A stretch of 63,519 nt of DNA, the filler included, from Choristocarpus tenellus KU-1152 (Eukaryota; Protista; Phaeophyceae): assembly GCA_964200185.2 (NCBI GenBank). It is 11 parts of 11 records of this genome, joined end to end, with 100 filler letters (N's around TTAATTAATTAA, not from the genome) between each part and the next. Parts side by side here need not be neighbours in the genome. Positions count along the whole stretch, not along the records: positions 36,111 to 40,747 come from CAXNAD020013688.1; positions 40,848 to 43,635 come from CAXNAD020024756.1; positions 43,736 to 48,391 come from CAXNAD020013600.1; positions 48,492 to 60,066 come from CAXNAD020002237.1; 7 more parts are not named here. One strand, given 5' to 3'. The notes beneath the pieces are model-generated. The model did not search any database and was not told where the DNA came from. It saw only the letters and a program-made list of their open reading frames with translations. Made by a program: the position numbers and the translations under genes. The first letter of the stretch is position 1, and each line of letters starts with the position of its first letter. Shown here in pieces: positions 39,097-52,100 of this stretch.

Positions 39097-40569
39097 AACC
39101 GCCTCGACTAGTGTACCTACCTTAACGTGATAGAGAATGTACTAAACTTGACGAGGTTGTGTGTAGAGTTGTAGAAATGGTATCTTCCAAGGGCTCAACT
39201 CAATAAACAAAACAAACTCGAGATACATCAACATTTCTTCACAATACTTCGAATACTGTACTAGTACAAAGTGTTTACAACTACATACAGAATTTCCATA
39301 AGCAAGTCGATACTCAATACAACCAACAACGTTTGAAGGATGTGAAGCAATTACCGGTGGGATTTCTGAAACAAACGCATGAGAAGCAAGGAATGAACAG
39401 AGGCATTAAATATAAAACACAGGATCTTCTGAGCCCAGTGTCGCTCATAGAAACCTAGAAAATTATTTTCCCTAGAAATCGATCATTATTAGCTCTTTGA
39501 GTTATGCGAAACAGAAATCAGATGAAATATTCTCAAGTGTACTGTACTTTCATCACTGGCGGGGAGCTTGTTCTAATGAGGCCTAATGTTGCACTGTGTT
39601 GTGCCCCTGCGTGGACTCTGTTGGCATTTTGAGCCCAATGAGGAACATTGCATCATTGTCCTACTGTACCCGACCCACTCAATTTTTGCAGTACCATTTG
39701 TCATCTACAAGAATCTTCGTCACATATACTCTTACGCACCAGTCACCCCAACAACAGAGTGAGGCAGGTACAGTAGGACAATAAAAGAATGATCTTTATC
39801 TGTTTTAAGATGCCAACGGATAGGGTGTACGTGCGAAACACAGAGTGAGATAAGGACTCATTTCAACAACCTCCCCACCAGTGATAAGATATACTAAAGT
39901 ATGCATGAGAAAAATACATTTCAGTTCTGTCTCACTGAACTCAACAGCCAAAAAAAAGAAGGAAATGTCACTCTGGGTTTCAATGAACAACTCTGGAGTC
40001 AAAAGATCCTGTGTTTTACCTTGTGAATCACTCACTTGGAGTACTATAACAGTTAATTGTGAGAAGTACAGTATCTCTGTGTCTAATTCCTCTGACCACA
40101 GGTTGGGATAGTCCGCACAATAAAGTTAAGACAAATATCAGTACATACAAAATAACATTAAATAAGCCCAAAAACAATTTATTCCAGTCTCAACGTCTTT
40201 CACTCAAGGAGTCTAACTGGGCCAAGAAATGATAGACCTGATATACTCTTTCCAAAATTGTTGCCAAAAACATTTGTTGCCTTCTAGTATGCCGACGTCC
40301 TGTTTGTATTGTCAATTTGACTCCTTGGGCAACAGGGAAACAATAATTTGCTGCCATTAGGAAAGGTCCCCAATGTTTCACCATGTGGAAGGCTACATCC
40401 GGATTAAATATATATATTGTGATGTATAGTAATGCCTGATGAAGAGTCAACGAGGAGCGAGGAACCCATCTCTGACTTCCCTTTGCACCCTTCCCTAACC
40501 CAAGGATGGTGCAGCAGCTGAGGCCATTGGGATTAGTGGAGTGTTGCAAGTGCAACAGTGGAATCATTT

Positions 40570-40747
40570 TGGAAACAAGCAGAGGAAGATGGTCATGGCA
40601 GAAATGGCAAAAGCTTACATTTTCCAGCAATGACCTCCCCTCCTCAACTCCTGCATTGAAGAGGTCACCTTTGTCGGACTTGGGCGATTTCTTGCTGAAA
40701 TGTTTCGCCTGGACAATGGTGGCATGGTGGAGAGAGCTCCGGCAAAG
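40570..40747 (+). pseudogene. Inverted paralogue of the 5' part of ORF 38275-39096; frameshifted and cut by the contig end
   Basis: cagcaatgacctcccctcctcaactcctgc..gacttgggcgatttcttgctgaa aligns to the reverse complement of ~38870-38995 (PSSTPA..DLGDFLLK). Confidence 0.7.
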
Positions 40748-43225
40748 NNNNNNNNNNNNNNNNNNNNNNNNNNNNNNNNNNNNNNNNNNNNTTAATTAAT
40801 TAANNNNNNNNNNNNNNNNNNNNNNNNNNNNNNNNNNNNNNNNNNNNCAACATTCCTGTTGTCTAGTGGTGTTCACTAAATGGCTATAAACTATATAGAT
40901 TATCAGTCTATATTGCACAGGTTCCATCCAGAAAAATACATTTTACATTAACTTATGTAGCATCCAACTTATTGATGTAATTAGTTCTATAGAGTTAGAG
41001 CTGTTGCCCATACCCTAGAATGTATATTTTTTATAGACTTCTGTTCAGATCGCTTGGATTAAGTATGACATCTGTTCAAGCATGATATGTACATTGTACC
41101 AAATTCCTCCTTAAATTTCATTTGCAGCTGAGCCCCAAAGTGAGATTCACTTGCCAATGCATTCTATTGTACCATCTGTACGGTTGAGAGGACTTGGTGG
41201 TGAGAAATTAATTGTTAGCATGTCTTTACTATGTGGTCTAGTGCATCCACAAAATATATATTGTAGAAAAAAATTATGAGTCAACTGTTGGTGCCGTCTT
41301 TCCCTGCCTTGTTAATTTGATCTAAATATGATTTGTCAATAGTTGGATGACTTACAATCCTTGTAACCCATCACACTGAACTAATGGCTCTACTGAATCA
41401 AATACTTCTCACATAGTAGTAGTAGTCAGTTCAAAACAATAGCATAACTTGATAATCAAAGGAATGAAATACGTGCACTGCAGTATCTGAATGTGTTATT
41501 GTCTGCCGACCCAGCAGATAACCGTGGCTTGCCCACCCCTCCTGTTGGTCGTGATGCCAAGGATGGTGAGGTGCGGCCCTGGCCTTCTACGAAATATGGA
41601 CAATACATTCAGAAGACAGCAAGGCCCCTGTTTGAATAGATAGAGAAGTATTAAGGGGGCCATGTATCAACGCTGAGAGGGAAGAAGGTATTGCAGCGTA
41701 AACGTACCCTGTTTACCTGATGCACCATGTTGGATAGATCTGTTGGTTGTATGAAAAGGTGCATTTTAGTGCCTGATTACCTCATTTTCGTTTGATGGGT
41801 TCTTTTATTGATGGTGGGAGCTCTACGAAACAAAGCAAAAAATTCTTTTTTTGCATCACGTCTCTAAATCAACCTGTGAGGAAGAGGGACAGTGCAATAC
41901 TGGCAGAGAGCAAGTTGTAAAGGTTGTCAACATCAAACTATAAGCACCTTCAGCCAGTCCAGTCATCATGCGGATTGTGTGACCCTGTTGGTAATGATGA
42001 ACTCTTCAAAGTTCCTTGTTGATAAAATAGCAATACTAATCACTACGTGAAAACTGCAATACCTATAAATGATCCAACAGCAAACTACGATGAACACAAT
42101 AAGCTTGCTTATCAAAACTGACCGAATACCAGGAGGGTTCGAGCCTTTGATAGGTATATATTATTGACAAATATAGGTGTTGCACCAACTCCTTTTTCAG
42201 CAATGTTTTCATAGAGCAGCACCTGAAAGTTGCAATGACTTAAATACACTGAACTCATTTGGCGACAGAAAAAGTAGGTAGTGCCCTAGAACAGTACATA
42301 AGAATGGTGAACTATCTCTGTACTTCATAGTATGTGTATTATAGGAGGTACCTACCGGAATGTGTACATAGCTACACTATGCCAAGCAGTGGCGCTCACT
42401 TGACTGTCTTGAGAAAGGATAAGATTTTATGCACATGTATGGGCGACTGTAAAACGAGGTTGTTAAAAGGACAGATTAAAAAAAGATGGATAACTCTTTG
42501 CAATTGTCTTGAAAAACCAATGGGGGGGCACAGACCAATGACCAGCCCTGTTCCCTGCCGCTCTCCTTCAACCGACCTTGCTGGCGTGTACTGCATTTAT
42601 TGATGCGTAACTGATAAATACACTAGACCTCTTTGTGGACAGTGGGCAACCACACCACAACCTCTTTGATCTCTGCAAGACGGATCATATCACAGGAATC
42701 CCGCCTCACACTCAGCCGATATCTGGGATGGAAGGAGAAGGTAGCAGCTACTACTGCAATGACAATTACTGTGTCCTTTTTAAGGTCAAGACCGAAAGCA
42801 GCAATATAAAACAGCTGTTTGCTGCATTTGTATTATTTTACAATGTGTGCATATGTTGCACACCACAAAAAAACATGTAGTTCAAGGGTATCAACCAGTC
42901 AGACATATAGATGACAGGCAGGTAGACAGGAGGTGGACCCCCAAACACATGTTATCTACTGGACAGAATATTAATATTTGTAGCACTGTTATTATGTAAT
43001 CCTACCTGCGGTTATACAGAGACCCTTTACCGTGCAGAGGGAATGGATTGGCAATACATGCACATTTTTGATAACAGACCTTGAACAATCAACCGTCTAC
43101 ACTAAGGTGTTCGCTTCTACTGTACTTGTTCACACGTAGTACTACCTACTGTACCAGTTATTACTACAAATAATATTAACCAAATATTTCACTATATGTA
43201 TAAACACTAACTACTACTAATACAA

Positions 43226-43384
43226 GGCTCAAGTATCCGGTGGGGGTGGTGGATGTCCATTTGGGGTCCATTTTTCCATATCGCAATTTTTGGGTGATTT
43301 GGTTGCATGTGTTGGATGGGAAATGTAAGTGCACTTTTCCTGGTCAAGGTACAAATGGACACCCTGGTGTAGACCCCCCCCCCC
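43226..43384 (-). mobile_element. MITE family B, partial reverse copy
   Basis: Reverse-complement match to 27439-27622. Confidence 0.8.
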
Positions 43385-43510
43385 ACACACACATTGTTAT
43401 CATGATGATTAATCACTATTGCCTGGGAACCATCCTGGACAGTGGTTAGAAGGACTGCATAATAGTGCACTATTATGAATGCCCATTAAATAGGTCTCCT
43501 GAAAGCCTCT

Positions 43511-43635
43511 GAGTGAAAGTATCTTAGAGGGTACGAGTTTTGCCCTGTTTGTCCATTTGGGACGTGACTTCCCATGTTTTTTTGGCTTAACGTATTTAGA
43601 GGGGGCGGCAGCTGTCCATATGGGGCCATTTTTTT
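43511..43635 (-). mobile_element. MITE A end (43511-~43583) followed by a MITE B end (~43584-43635) at the contig break; probable nested insertion
   Basis: gagtgaaagtatcttagagggtacgag.. followed by ..ctgtccatatggggccattttt. Confidence 0.75.
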
Positions 43636-43900
43636 NNNNNNNNNNNNNNNNNNNNNNNNNNNNNNNNNNNNNNNNNNNNTTAATTAATTAANNNNNNNNN
43701 NNNNNNNNNNNNNNNNNNNNNNNNNNNNNNNNNNNCTTCAGCCCCCCCCCCCCAAACATGTGCACACACACCAAGGACACAAACGCACAGATTGCAAATT
43801 GTAGGGTATGATACATCCATGTGCACCAAGATGATCCATTGCATTCCCCAAAAAACAAAAAGAACATAGGAAAACAAAAACAAGAAGCAGAAGGGGCAGA

Positions 43901-43939
<39 letters not shown>

Positions 43940-45737
43940 GGGATAGGTAAGCTACAATGAAGAGGAAGTATGTTCAGGGAAGTCAGTGAGCTCCACCACC
44001 ATTTGTTATTTTTATTATTTATTTTTATCATTTACATTTTAATTATTTGCATGTAATACAATACACTTTTTACTGAGAGGTCAGACGTTGAGATGAGTAG
44101 GAAACAGTGGAGCGGAATCGACCGTCTGTCTTCCTCATCACACACAGTAACAGAACCGTTTGTTTTGTTTTGTTTTAACAAAAACGAAAAAACAGCAGCA
44201 GTCCTTAGAGCAGCGAGGTGATGAGAGTGGGTAGCACTATCATATGACTGAGAGAGAAACTGGCCACAATACAGCTACAGTTCAATACAAATTAATGTCA
44301 TCGGCGGTGTGTATTTCACAGTGTCCTAGTGATTTCTGAAGTCATATTGACCCACTAACCTATCGCCTCGCCTTCAGTCGGTATCAAGCTGTGTTGTTTC
44401 AGGAAGAGTTGAGACTAAAAGGGGGTGCATATGTATATAATCTGGAGTATGTACGTATATTTATGTATATTCCCGTGTACTCTGACAAAAGGGGGTGTAA
44501 GAATTGGGCGGGTCTAGTTGGGCTGTTCTGGACGACAGGTGTTGTTGATGCCTCTGGATGGAATACACATTTAATGTCATGTAGGAAGTACCTTCCCTTG
44601 GGCAATCTTTACATTTACATGACAGTGACTGATGCCCACGGGAGAGGTGAAAACCTCGTTTGCTCTTTTCTTTTATCAAAGGGTCACATGAAATACAATC
44701 ATTTTTTTTCAAAAAAATAATATATATATATATATATATATATACACCTGGTGGAATTAGGATACAGTAGATTAGGTAGGACGTTCTCGATCCTCACGTG
44801 TGGATGATACTGATCAATAATATACCTCTCTACTTTATTTGATTTTCTTGAGCATAAAAATATATATCAAAGACATTAAACAGATATTGAAAGCAACTCG
44901 GAAGGTTGTTGGGGAAAGGGACTCTGCGGTGTAGACACATGCTAAGTAGGTCCTTAGGGGGGGTACTCTTAAGTGGGTCCCAACCCGGAAAAGGGGTACT
45001 GATATCGGTCACTGAAGAGCAAGTAGGAGTGTGTAAGTTGAAAATAGTAGATGGCAGGGGGTGTAACACTGTGTTCCAGGGCAAAAGGGCTACGATCTCG
45101 GGCATTGCTCCCAACATCACACCCACCCACACCTTGGTCTTTCCATACTAACATAGCAAGTCAAGTCCGCTTCAAATCGTTTTTTGTAAATCCTTCAGAC
45201 CAAAAATGTGGGGTTATACCCTCTTTTGTCCATCCCTCGCCTGACTTATCTGTTTGCCAGGTTGGATGGGCTGTCTATCCAAAATTCGTAAGAGAATAAC
45301 CTATGAATACGAAAGCCAGCAGAGCAGGACAGACCGTACGCTGCTATACTTTGCAAAAACTATTATTAGAAATTAATTGATCAATATCAGCACCCACGCG
45401 TCTCTTGTTCTTGCTTGCCACAGCTGCAAGAGAGGTGTATCGGAACCTCAAACACAACCTCCCCTTATCCCCTCCCCCTCAAGCACTATCATCACCAGTC
45501 TCCAAACCCACCCAGCGGTAGAGATCAAAAACATACAACCAGTACCATCGAGTCATTCAAAAGTTCCCACCCTTCATTCACACCTTATCGTACAAGTGGT
45601 ACAAACATCAATAAAAACCTCAGACATGTCCCCTTCCCTCCCTCTCTACTAAACTCCTGCGCAACTAATATGCATCACATAAAATTTCTCTTGAAAAAAT
45701 CAATCCTATACAAACCCTGGGATATTGGTTCCCTCAC

Positions 45738-47843
45738 CTGAAGCCGCTGCTTCACCACCTCTGCAGGTGTTCGCACAAGATTTGATGGAATGGTTGCTAG
45801 TGAAGATGCAACGAGGTGAACTGCAGCCGGCCACATCCAAGAGTTCAAACCTCCACCTCCGACGACTGCCCCTCCCCCACCTACTGCTGTCCTAACCAAT
45901 CTCATTACCGCTCCTCCCCATTCCAGTCCCAGTTCATTCAACGCCTCATAGAACAAATAAAAAACAGCATTGCTCGGGCCTGCCTGCAACAAAAAGGCAG
46001 TGAATCCACGAAAAACACCTTTACGGCTTGTTGGGGCCTCCATAACCTTGCGCATCTCCTAGTAGAAAGAGGGTGTGAGAGCATGAACAGAGGTATTGAG
46101 AGGGCAAGCAAGAGAAATGATAGGTGGGTCAAGTTGAGATATGGGGAGAAGGGAAGTGCCTGTGTGGTGTGATACGGTGGGGAGTGAGAGTAGGCAGTGG
46201 CGGCGGGGTGTTGGGGGGAGGGAATTGCTCTATAGCTGTAGCCTGGTTCAGAATTGACATAGTACTTTCTTTCCACAGGGGAATGCAGGGACAGAGAGGA
46301 AGTTACAACATGCCTATGAAAGTACTACAAGCTCAATAAAGTACATACTACATGTGTTCAACACTTTCATTGCAATATTAATATTGTAGAGGTTTGATCA
46401 CACCCCCGCCATGACTCAAACTTACCTCTGGCATGGCTGCCTTGTTCTCGGGACTCATCCGAGAGACTTGCTGACGTGTCTTCACCGTATCAAGAGGGAA
46501 CGTAAATACTCTTGAGACAGCTCTTGTTAGTCCTGCTCCCGCTCCTGTTACTATGCTACGCAACGGATGAAGCTGCAAGGTAGGTGCAGGTGGCAAACCT
46601 GCCCATCCCCCCATTCCCGCACGGATAGCCTTCATTTGACCGGTAATCCCATTTGATAGTGTTTGTGGGACCCGATTGGTTATCAGCATGGGGATTTGCA
46701 CAGCAAGGTGTCACCAAATACGAGGTGGAGCAAAGGACCGAATGGTAAGGGCGAGGATGAAATGAGCTACCACTGCTTATATGACACATCGATTTTGGCT
46801 AGAACTACGGCTGTACATGCAACCTGTCGGGTGCAAATGTGCCGGATGAGATAAGACGTACTGCTTAGCATGAAACGCGCATCCAACGAAAGATGAGGGG
46901 AGAGTGCACAGAGAGAGAGAGAGAGAAAGAGAGAGAGGCGAAGGCACATGTGCAAACGGACGAAGCAGTTGAGCCGGACTAAATCCGCAAATGGGTAAAA
47001 CAATTGACCCGGAACAAAGGCAAGAAGGGTAAAACACTCTTGAACCAGTGTCTCACCTGTGGGTGTGAACCGTGGTAAACCAGGAACACTATTGCCCCAG
47101 CCATCACCATCGTAACAGTTAAAGCTACGAGAGGAATACGTGGGTGGAATTCACCCGTTCCAACACCCTCCGGCGTGTATTCGGTGCTCTCGACCTCGTC
47201 CATGCGCGTACCCGTGGCGACCAGCGGAGGAAGGTCAAGGGACGACATATCTTTCGATCCTTTAAGTGTCAACATACCCCGAGAGCGAGATTGGTCCCCG
47301 AGAAGATCAAGAGGAAAAAATTGACGCGAGCTACCTAACCCTACTTTTTCGATGCACCCTGCAAAAGCACAAGGTGACATAGGGCATAAGACTGAAGAAT
47401 CAGATGCCCCTTGTTTGGAATGTTTGGTGGTCACATGACAACGGCTTGGCATTCAGGGTCAGGCGATGACTCCTTTAGTATAAAGGTGGAGTCACTAGGA
47501 AACACCAGATTTGAGACCACTATCACCTAAATAGCTCACGAAGGATGGGAATTCAGAAGCGATTGCTTGAGAAATTGCAGTGAAGACTTGTATCAGATTG
47601 CCGTGGGATGTTGCTTGCAGCACAAGCTCCATATGGAAACGTACCGAAGGCAGTCCAAGGCTAAGCGTCGGTGAAAGCAGATGAGGCGTCAAGTGGCGTA
47701 CCTATGCGGCTGCCAACTGGATAAACGAAGGCGTGCGCTGGATTAGTCTCTGCTGCAAGGGCAACGAAGCCTGCGAGTGCCAGTACTCTCGCCCGAACAT
47801 CACACCGTCGTGTGCGAGCAGGTTCTCCACGTCGCCAGACCAT
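45738..47843 (-). CDS. Mitochondrial carrier family (SLC25) protein, S-adenosylmethionine-carrier-like, probable bipartite plastid targeting; 3' partial. Exons 47843-47702, 47358-47057, 46629-46426, 46058-45738
   Basis: Two Px[DE]xx[KR]xRxQ signatures (FPLDTVKTRQQ, VRTPAEVVKQRLQ), plus GVFRG..PSNAVFYLFYE. The N-terminus has a hydrophobic stretch ending AHA-FVYP. Splice phases are consistent. Confidence 0.85.
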
Positions 47844-48509
47844 GATAGTCTCCTCGCAAATGTACCTCAAACCAAAAAGTCTAGAAAGGTAGATTCAGGA
47901 AAGAGAGTAGATATGTACATACAGAGGCTCAGAAACTGGAGGGTGTATTGACAATGCTCAGAGGTACGAAATGTCAACGAAGACTAAACAGGTCACAAGT
48001 GTGTACTGACAACATAGAGAAATTCCTTCGTTGAAATAGTAATATTCGTTTGACTTTGTTAAAATTATTGGGACGATTAGACCACCCACACACTACACAT
48101 TAGTTCAAATATGTATATTATATATTTTTCCAACCGTCATTTTCAAGATTTGACAGGGAAAAACCAAAAAATTGTACTACTGTATTTTATTATTTTGTAT
48201 TGTGTGAGAAGGAGTATGAGAGCCATCTTCCAAAGAAGGTGTACCTTGAAGGTAAACCTATCTTGAAGAATCTGATATCATATGACATTTGTTTTTGACA
48301 TGTTGAAGGTAACATCTACTTGAAGTAAATGAAGGGTGGTTTGAGGGGAGGGGCCTTGCAAACCCCCCTCTTTCACTTACCACTTGTTCACNNNNNNNNN
48401 NNNNNNNNNNNNNNNNNNNNNNNNNNNNNNNNNNNTTAATTAATTAANNNNNNNNNNNNNNNNNNNNNNNNNNNNNNNNNNNNNNNNNNNNTTTATACAA
48501 AACCACCCC

Positions 48510-48540
<31 letters not shown>

Positions 48541-49145
48541 AGATACTTTGGGTCCCTACATGAAATACATTTTTTCGAACTTGGACAGTTCAAAAAAATA
48601 TTCCATACTCATTATTTGAATTGAACAAGTTAAAGTTCAGCTACTACCAACAACAAGAATGCCTAGTTAGTTATACAAAACCTTGAACTTATCGCATCAT
48701 TCTGAACAAATAGCCCTCCTACGACGCCTATCATCACAGCACGACACATCCTACAACTAAACCAAACCTGGTCCTTACCGATGGTACTCCTACTCCATTC
48801 AACTCACCCTAGTCCAGAATCTGCTTGGTAGTGGTGTACTGTATAGTGTATAGTGTATATTACCAGTACTAATTCTAAAACTGGGATTTTCCCCTCGATT
48901 TTTCTGGAAAAAATATTCATCCTTGGTTATACCTTGCATCTTCCTCTTTTCATGCGCCCTAGAAAAAAATCCTGCTCTTATGTGTACCCACAGTGTATTT
49001 TCCATTTCCTGTATACTACCCTCTTTCTTCATGTGAAACCTTTCTGAACATGGGTCTCTCAAAGTCAAACCATAACTGTGAGGTCACAACAATAACCCAA
49101 CAACATTAGTACTTACAATTAAAAAACTACTTGAGCAGCTCTCAC

Positions 49146-52100
49146 CTTTGGCGCCTGGTCCACCCACTCTGGAACTAATAGTTGCCAGTCTTCTTGGTGT
49201 GCCAGGTAGGGTGGAATGAGATCATAGTACTTCCTAGCCTAATTTTATCAACATCAAAGTTTGTAAGAGTTAAGAGATTTGTGGGATGGACGTAATACTG
49301 ATATAGTTGAGGTTGGGGTTGGATCATCCTAACTTAGAGCTCACATAAACTGTTGCTTTGAAGCATTGTACTATGTAATAGATAGTGTGAGGGTTAGGGT
49401 CTGAACGTGTTGTTCATGCGAGTGCATGTGTTTTGTACAACATTTTTCCAAGTTGATGTGTAGAAGAGTTTCTTGTCACCAGAAATTAAATTGGTTGATC
49501 AAGTAAGATTAAACTACAGTGATACTATCACCTTTCTACATTCACTAAAACCAGTGATCCTCGTATCAGTCTAATATACTCAGACCTGGGATACGAAAAA
49601 AGAAAACTAAAGCAATATGTACAAAACAGAACCCAGAAAAAGAGAGGTTACAACAAAACAATTTATACCTACTTGTTTTCAGCTAGAAAGGATAGACTTA
49701 CAACCTACACATTGAGATATGCTACAAACAAACTGTATTATATCAGTAGAGAAAACCTTCCATTTTGCAATACACAGTAACATGGCATACTACCATACGG
49801 CGAAAACTGGCAATTTATTAATATTTTGTTGATAATATGGACAAAAATGGCAATTTATTAATATTTTGTTGATAATATGGACATCCCCTCCCGCACAAAA
49901 TCAACCAGATACCCTCCACTGCATACATTCAATGTAAAACGTTCTCCCCAATGTGTTTGAAGCGTGTACTCAAAAATCCACATAACATCTTCCTAGTTGG
50001 GTAGGTGTAAATAAACGCCATTTAAAATAGGAATATCTCCAGTAAAAATTTGCACCTCTTGTGTGGATGCATCTCGACAGGCTGTTTCATCAGGGCATAT
50101 TTTGTCAAGGTCCCATTTAGTCCAGTTTGGCAGTCCAAATCTCTGGCCTGAAAATAATGTAACAGTTTTGGGAGTAGCTAACATTAATTTGTAAGAAATC
50201 AGTGATCAATAAAATAAATGGTTCCAAAGCTATCTCATCAAGTCCTTTTGCATTCTCTTGCACCATGTGCCTTATGGACAAAATTTTATAAAAATTATTC
50301 AAAAGAAATATATTTTTTTATATTATAGTCAACTACATCCAGACTCGAGACCTGTGGGTGAGAGATTATGGATGGGAGGTGAAGTTAGCCAAAATAAATG
50401 CAAACAAATAAAAAAAGTAACAAAAATTCAAAAGTTATGTATGCGAAGAGGTGCTTAGGAAAAAAAAAAAGGTGCTGGTGCAGATAATGACGAAATGCCT
50501 TCCTTGGAAACCTCCTTCTACATATTTTAAACATATAGGTACTATTCTGTTATGGCTGACCTATCCATGTAACATATATTCCAAACTATGCTGTTTTTAC
50601 ACTGCGTAACATATTAGATAAGAATTACATTTTTTCTCAATTGTGCGACATCATGCTGAGTACAGTACAGACTAAGTACAGTACAGAAAGCAACCAAAAA
50701 CCACAGGGACTTGCCCTGTAGATGTAGTAACACCCCTGTCTTCATGCTAGTGTTTCATATATGCAATAATGTGAGCAAGGACATTGGGTCTACAGATTTG
50801 GACTCCATCCAATAAATATCCCCACGAGATACATTAACAGAAGGAGAAATTAATGCTAGTATGCCAGGAGAAATTAATTAATACCTGCATGCATGATCGA
50901 TGGTTAGGGTTAGGGTTACAGAACTATGGTTATGGTTACAGAACTCTACATCGATTCATTCGCAGTCTTTGGCAACCTCTGGGACAGGGAATGCAGCACT
51001 TGTACTCTGTTCAGACGTATATGTGCACAAGACTACAAGACAACCACGATGCGTGGGCTCCTATCATCAAACATAGGACGATCATTTGTCCTTCATGCAT
51101 GAAGCTTATGACCCCAGCCTCGGATGTATCCTCATGCTCCACACACTTTCGCTAAACTGCTTTAACTTATGATGAACAACAGATGAACAACAGATGAACA
51201 ACAGAGTCGTTCTTTTAGGTTGCCTCATAAACAACAGAGTAATTCTTTTAGGTTGCCTCATAAACAACAGAGTCATTCTTTTAGGTTGCCTCATAAAGCA
51301 CTTATTTCTTTGAGCTCGGACCAAAAGATCTTGGGATTTTCCCCACACACTCCACCTCCAAGATAATTCATAGTTCAGAAAAATTCTTCAATGCGTAGCA
51401 CTAATATCTGGAGCATTTCTTCAGAATCATTTTTAAGAACTACTTTTCAAAATGGTTGAGGATAGCCTTGTCCTCGCCCAGTTAGTGGTGAAAAAAGACA
51501 TGTCAACGGACCTTGAGTGCCACACATACAGTTCCCAGGCTCAGCTGGACACTCATCATGCTAATGTAGAACGAATTAGAAGAGATCCACGTGTCACACA
51601 GATCATCGCTAAGCTTGCAAAAGAGTGCAATGTATTTGGTTACAACAAACCAATATCCAATCCTCAGTGAAAACGAACCATCTATTCACAACAATTGTCC
51701 CAAAACAAATTCAACAAAAACAGAAAACATTGCAAAAGTATGTATCTAGTCCAAAGTATATATCTAGTCCAAAGTATGTATCTAGTCCAAAGTATATATC
51801 GAGTCCAAAGTATATATCTAGTCCAAAGTATATATCTAGTCCAAAGTATGTATCTAGTCCAAAGTATATATCGAGTCCAAAGTATATATCTAGTCCAAAG
51901 TATATATCTAGTCCAAAGTATATATCTAGTCCAAAGTGAAAATTGTCCCCCAAAAAGAATGAAATGGTTTGTTTCCTCACCCAATTGCCCTTTACTCTCT
52001 GAAAAGCGGAAAGGCAGCGTTTCATTCCTTAGCTCTATTCCGGAGGGCCGTTCTTAATGTCATTCACAAGAGGACTTCAGCCAAATAAGAGTAGAACACA

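Noticed and set aside
41490-42760. Possible minus-strand exons in contig 8 (e.g. VLLYENIAEKGVGATPIF..)
   Set aside because: Only isolated splice-like signals; no homology recognised.
51625-52057. ORFs with KYISSP/WTRYIL/FGLDIY repeats, or a CRISPR-like array
   Set aside because: These are stop-free readings of an intronic 18-bp minisatellite. There are no unique spacers and no cas genes.
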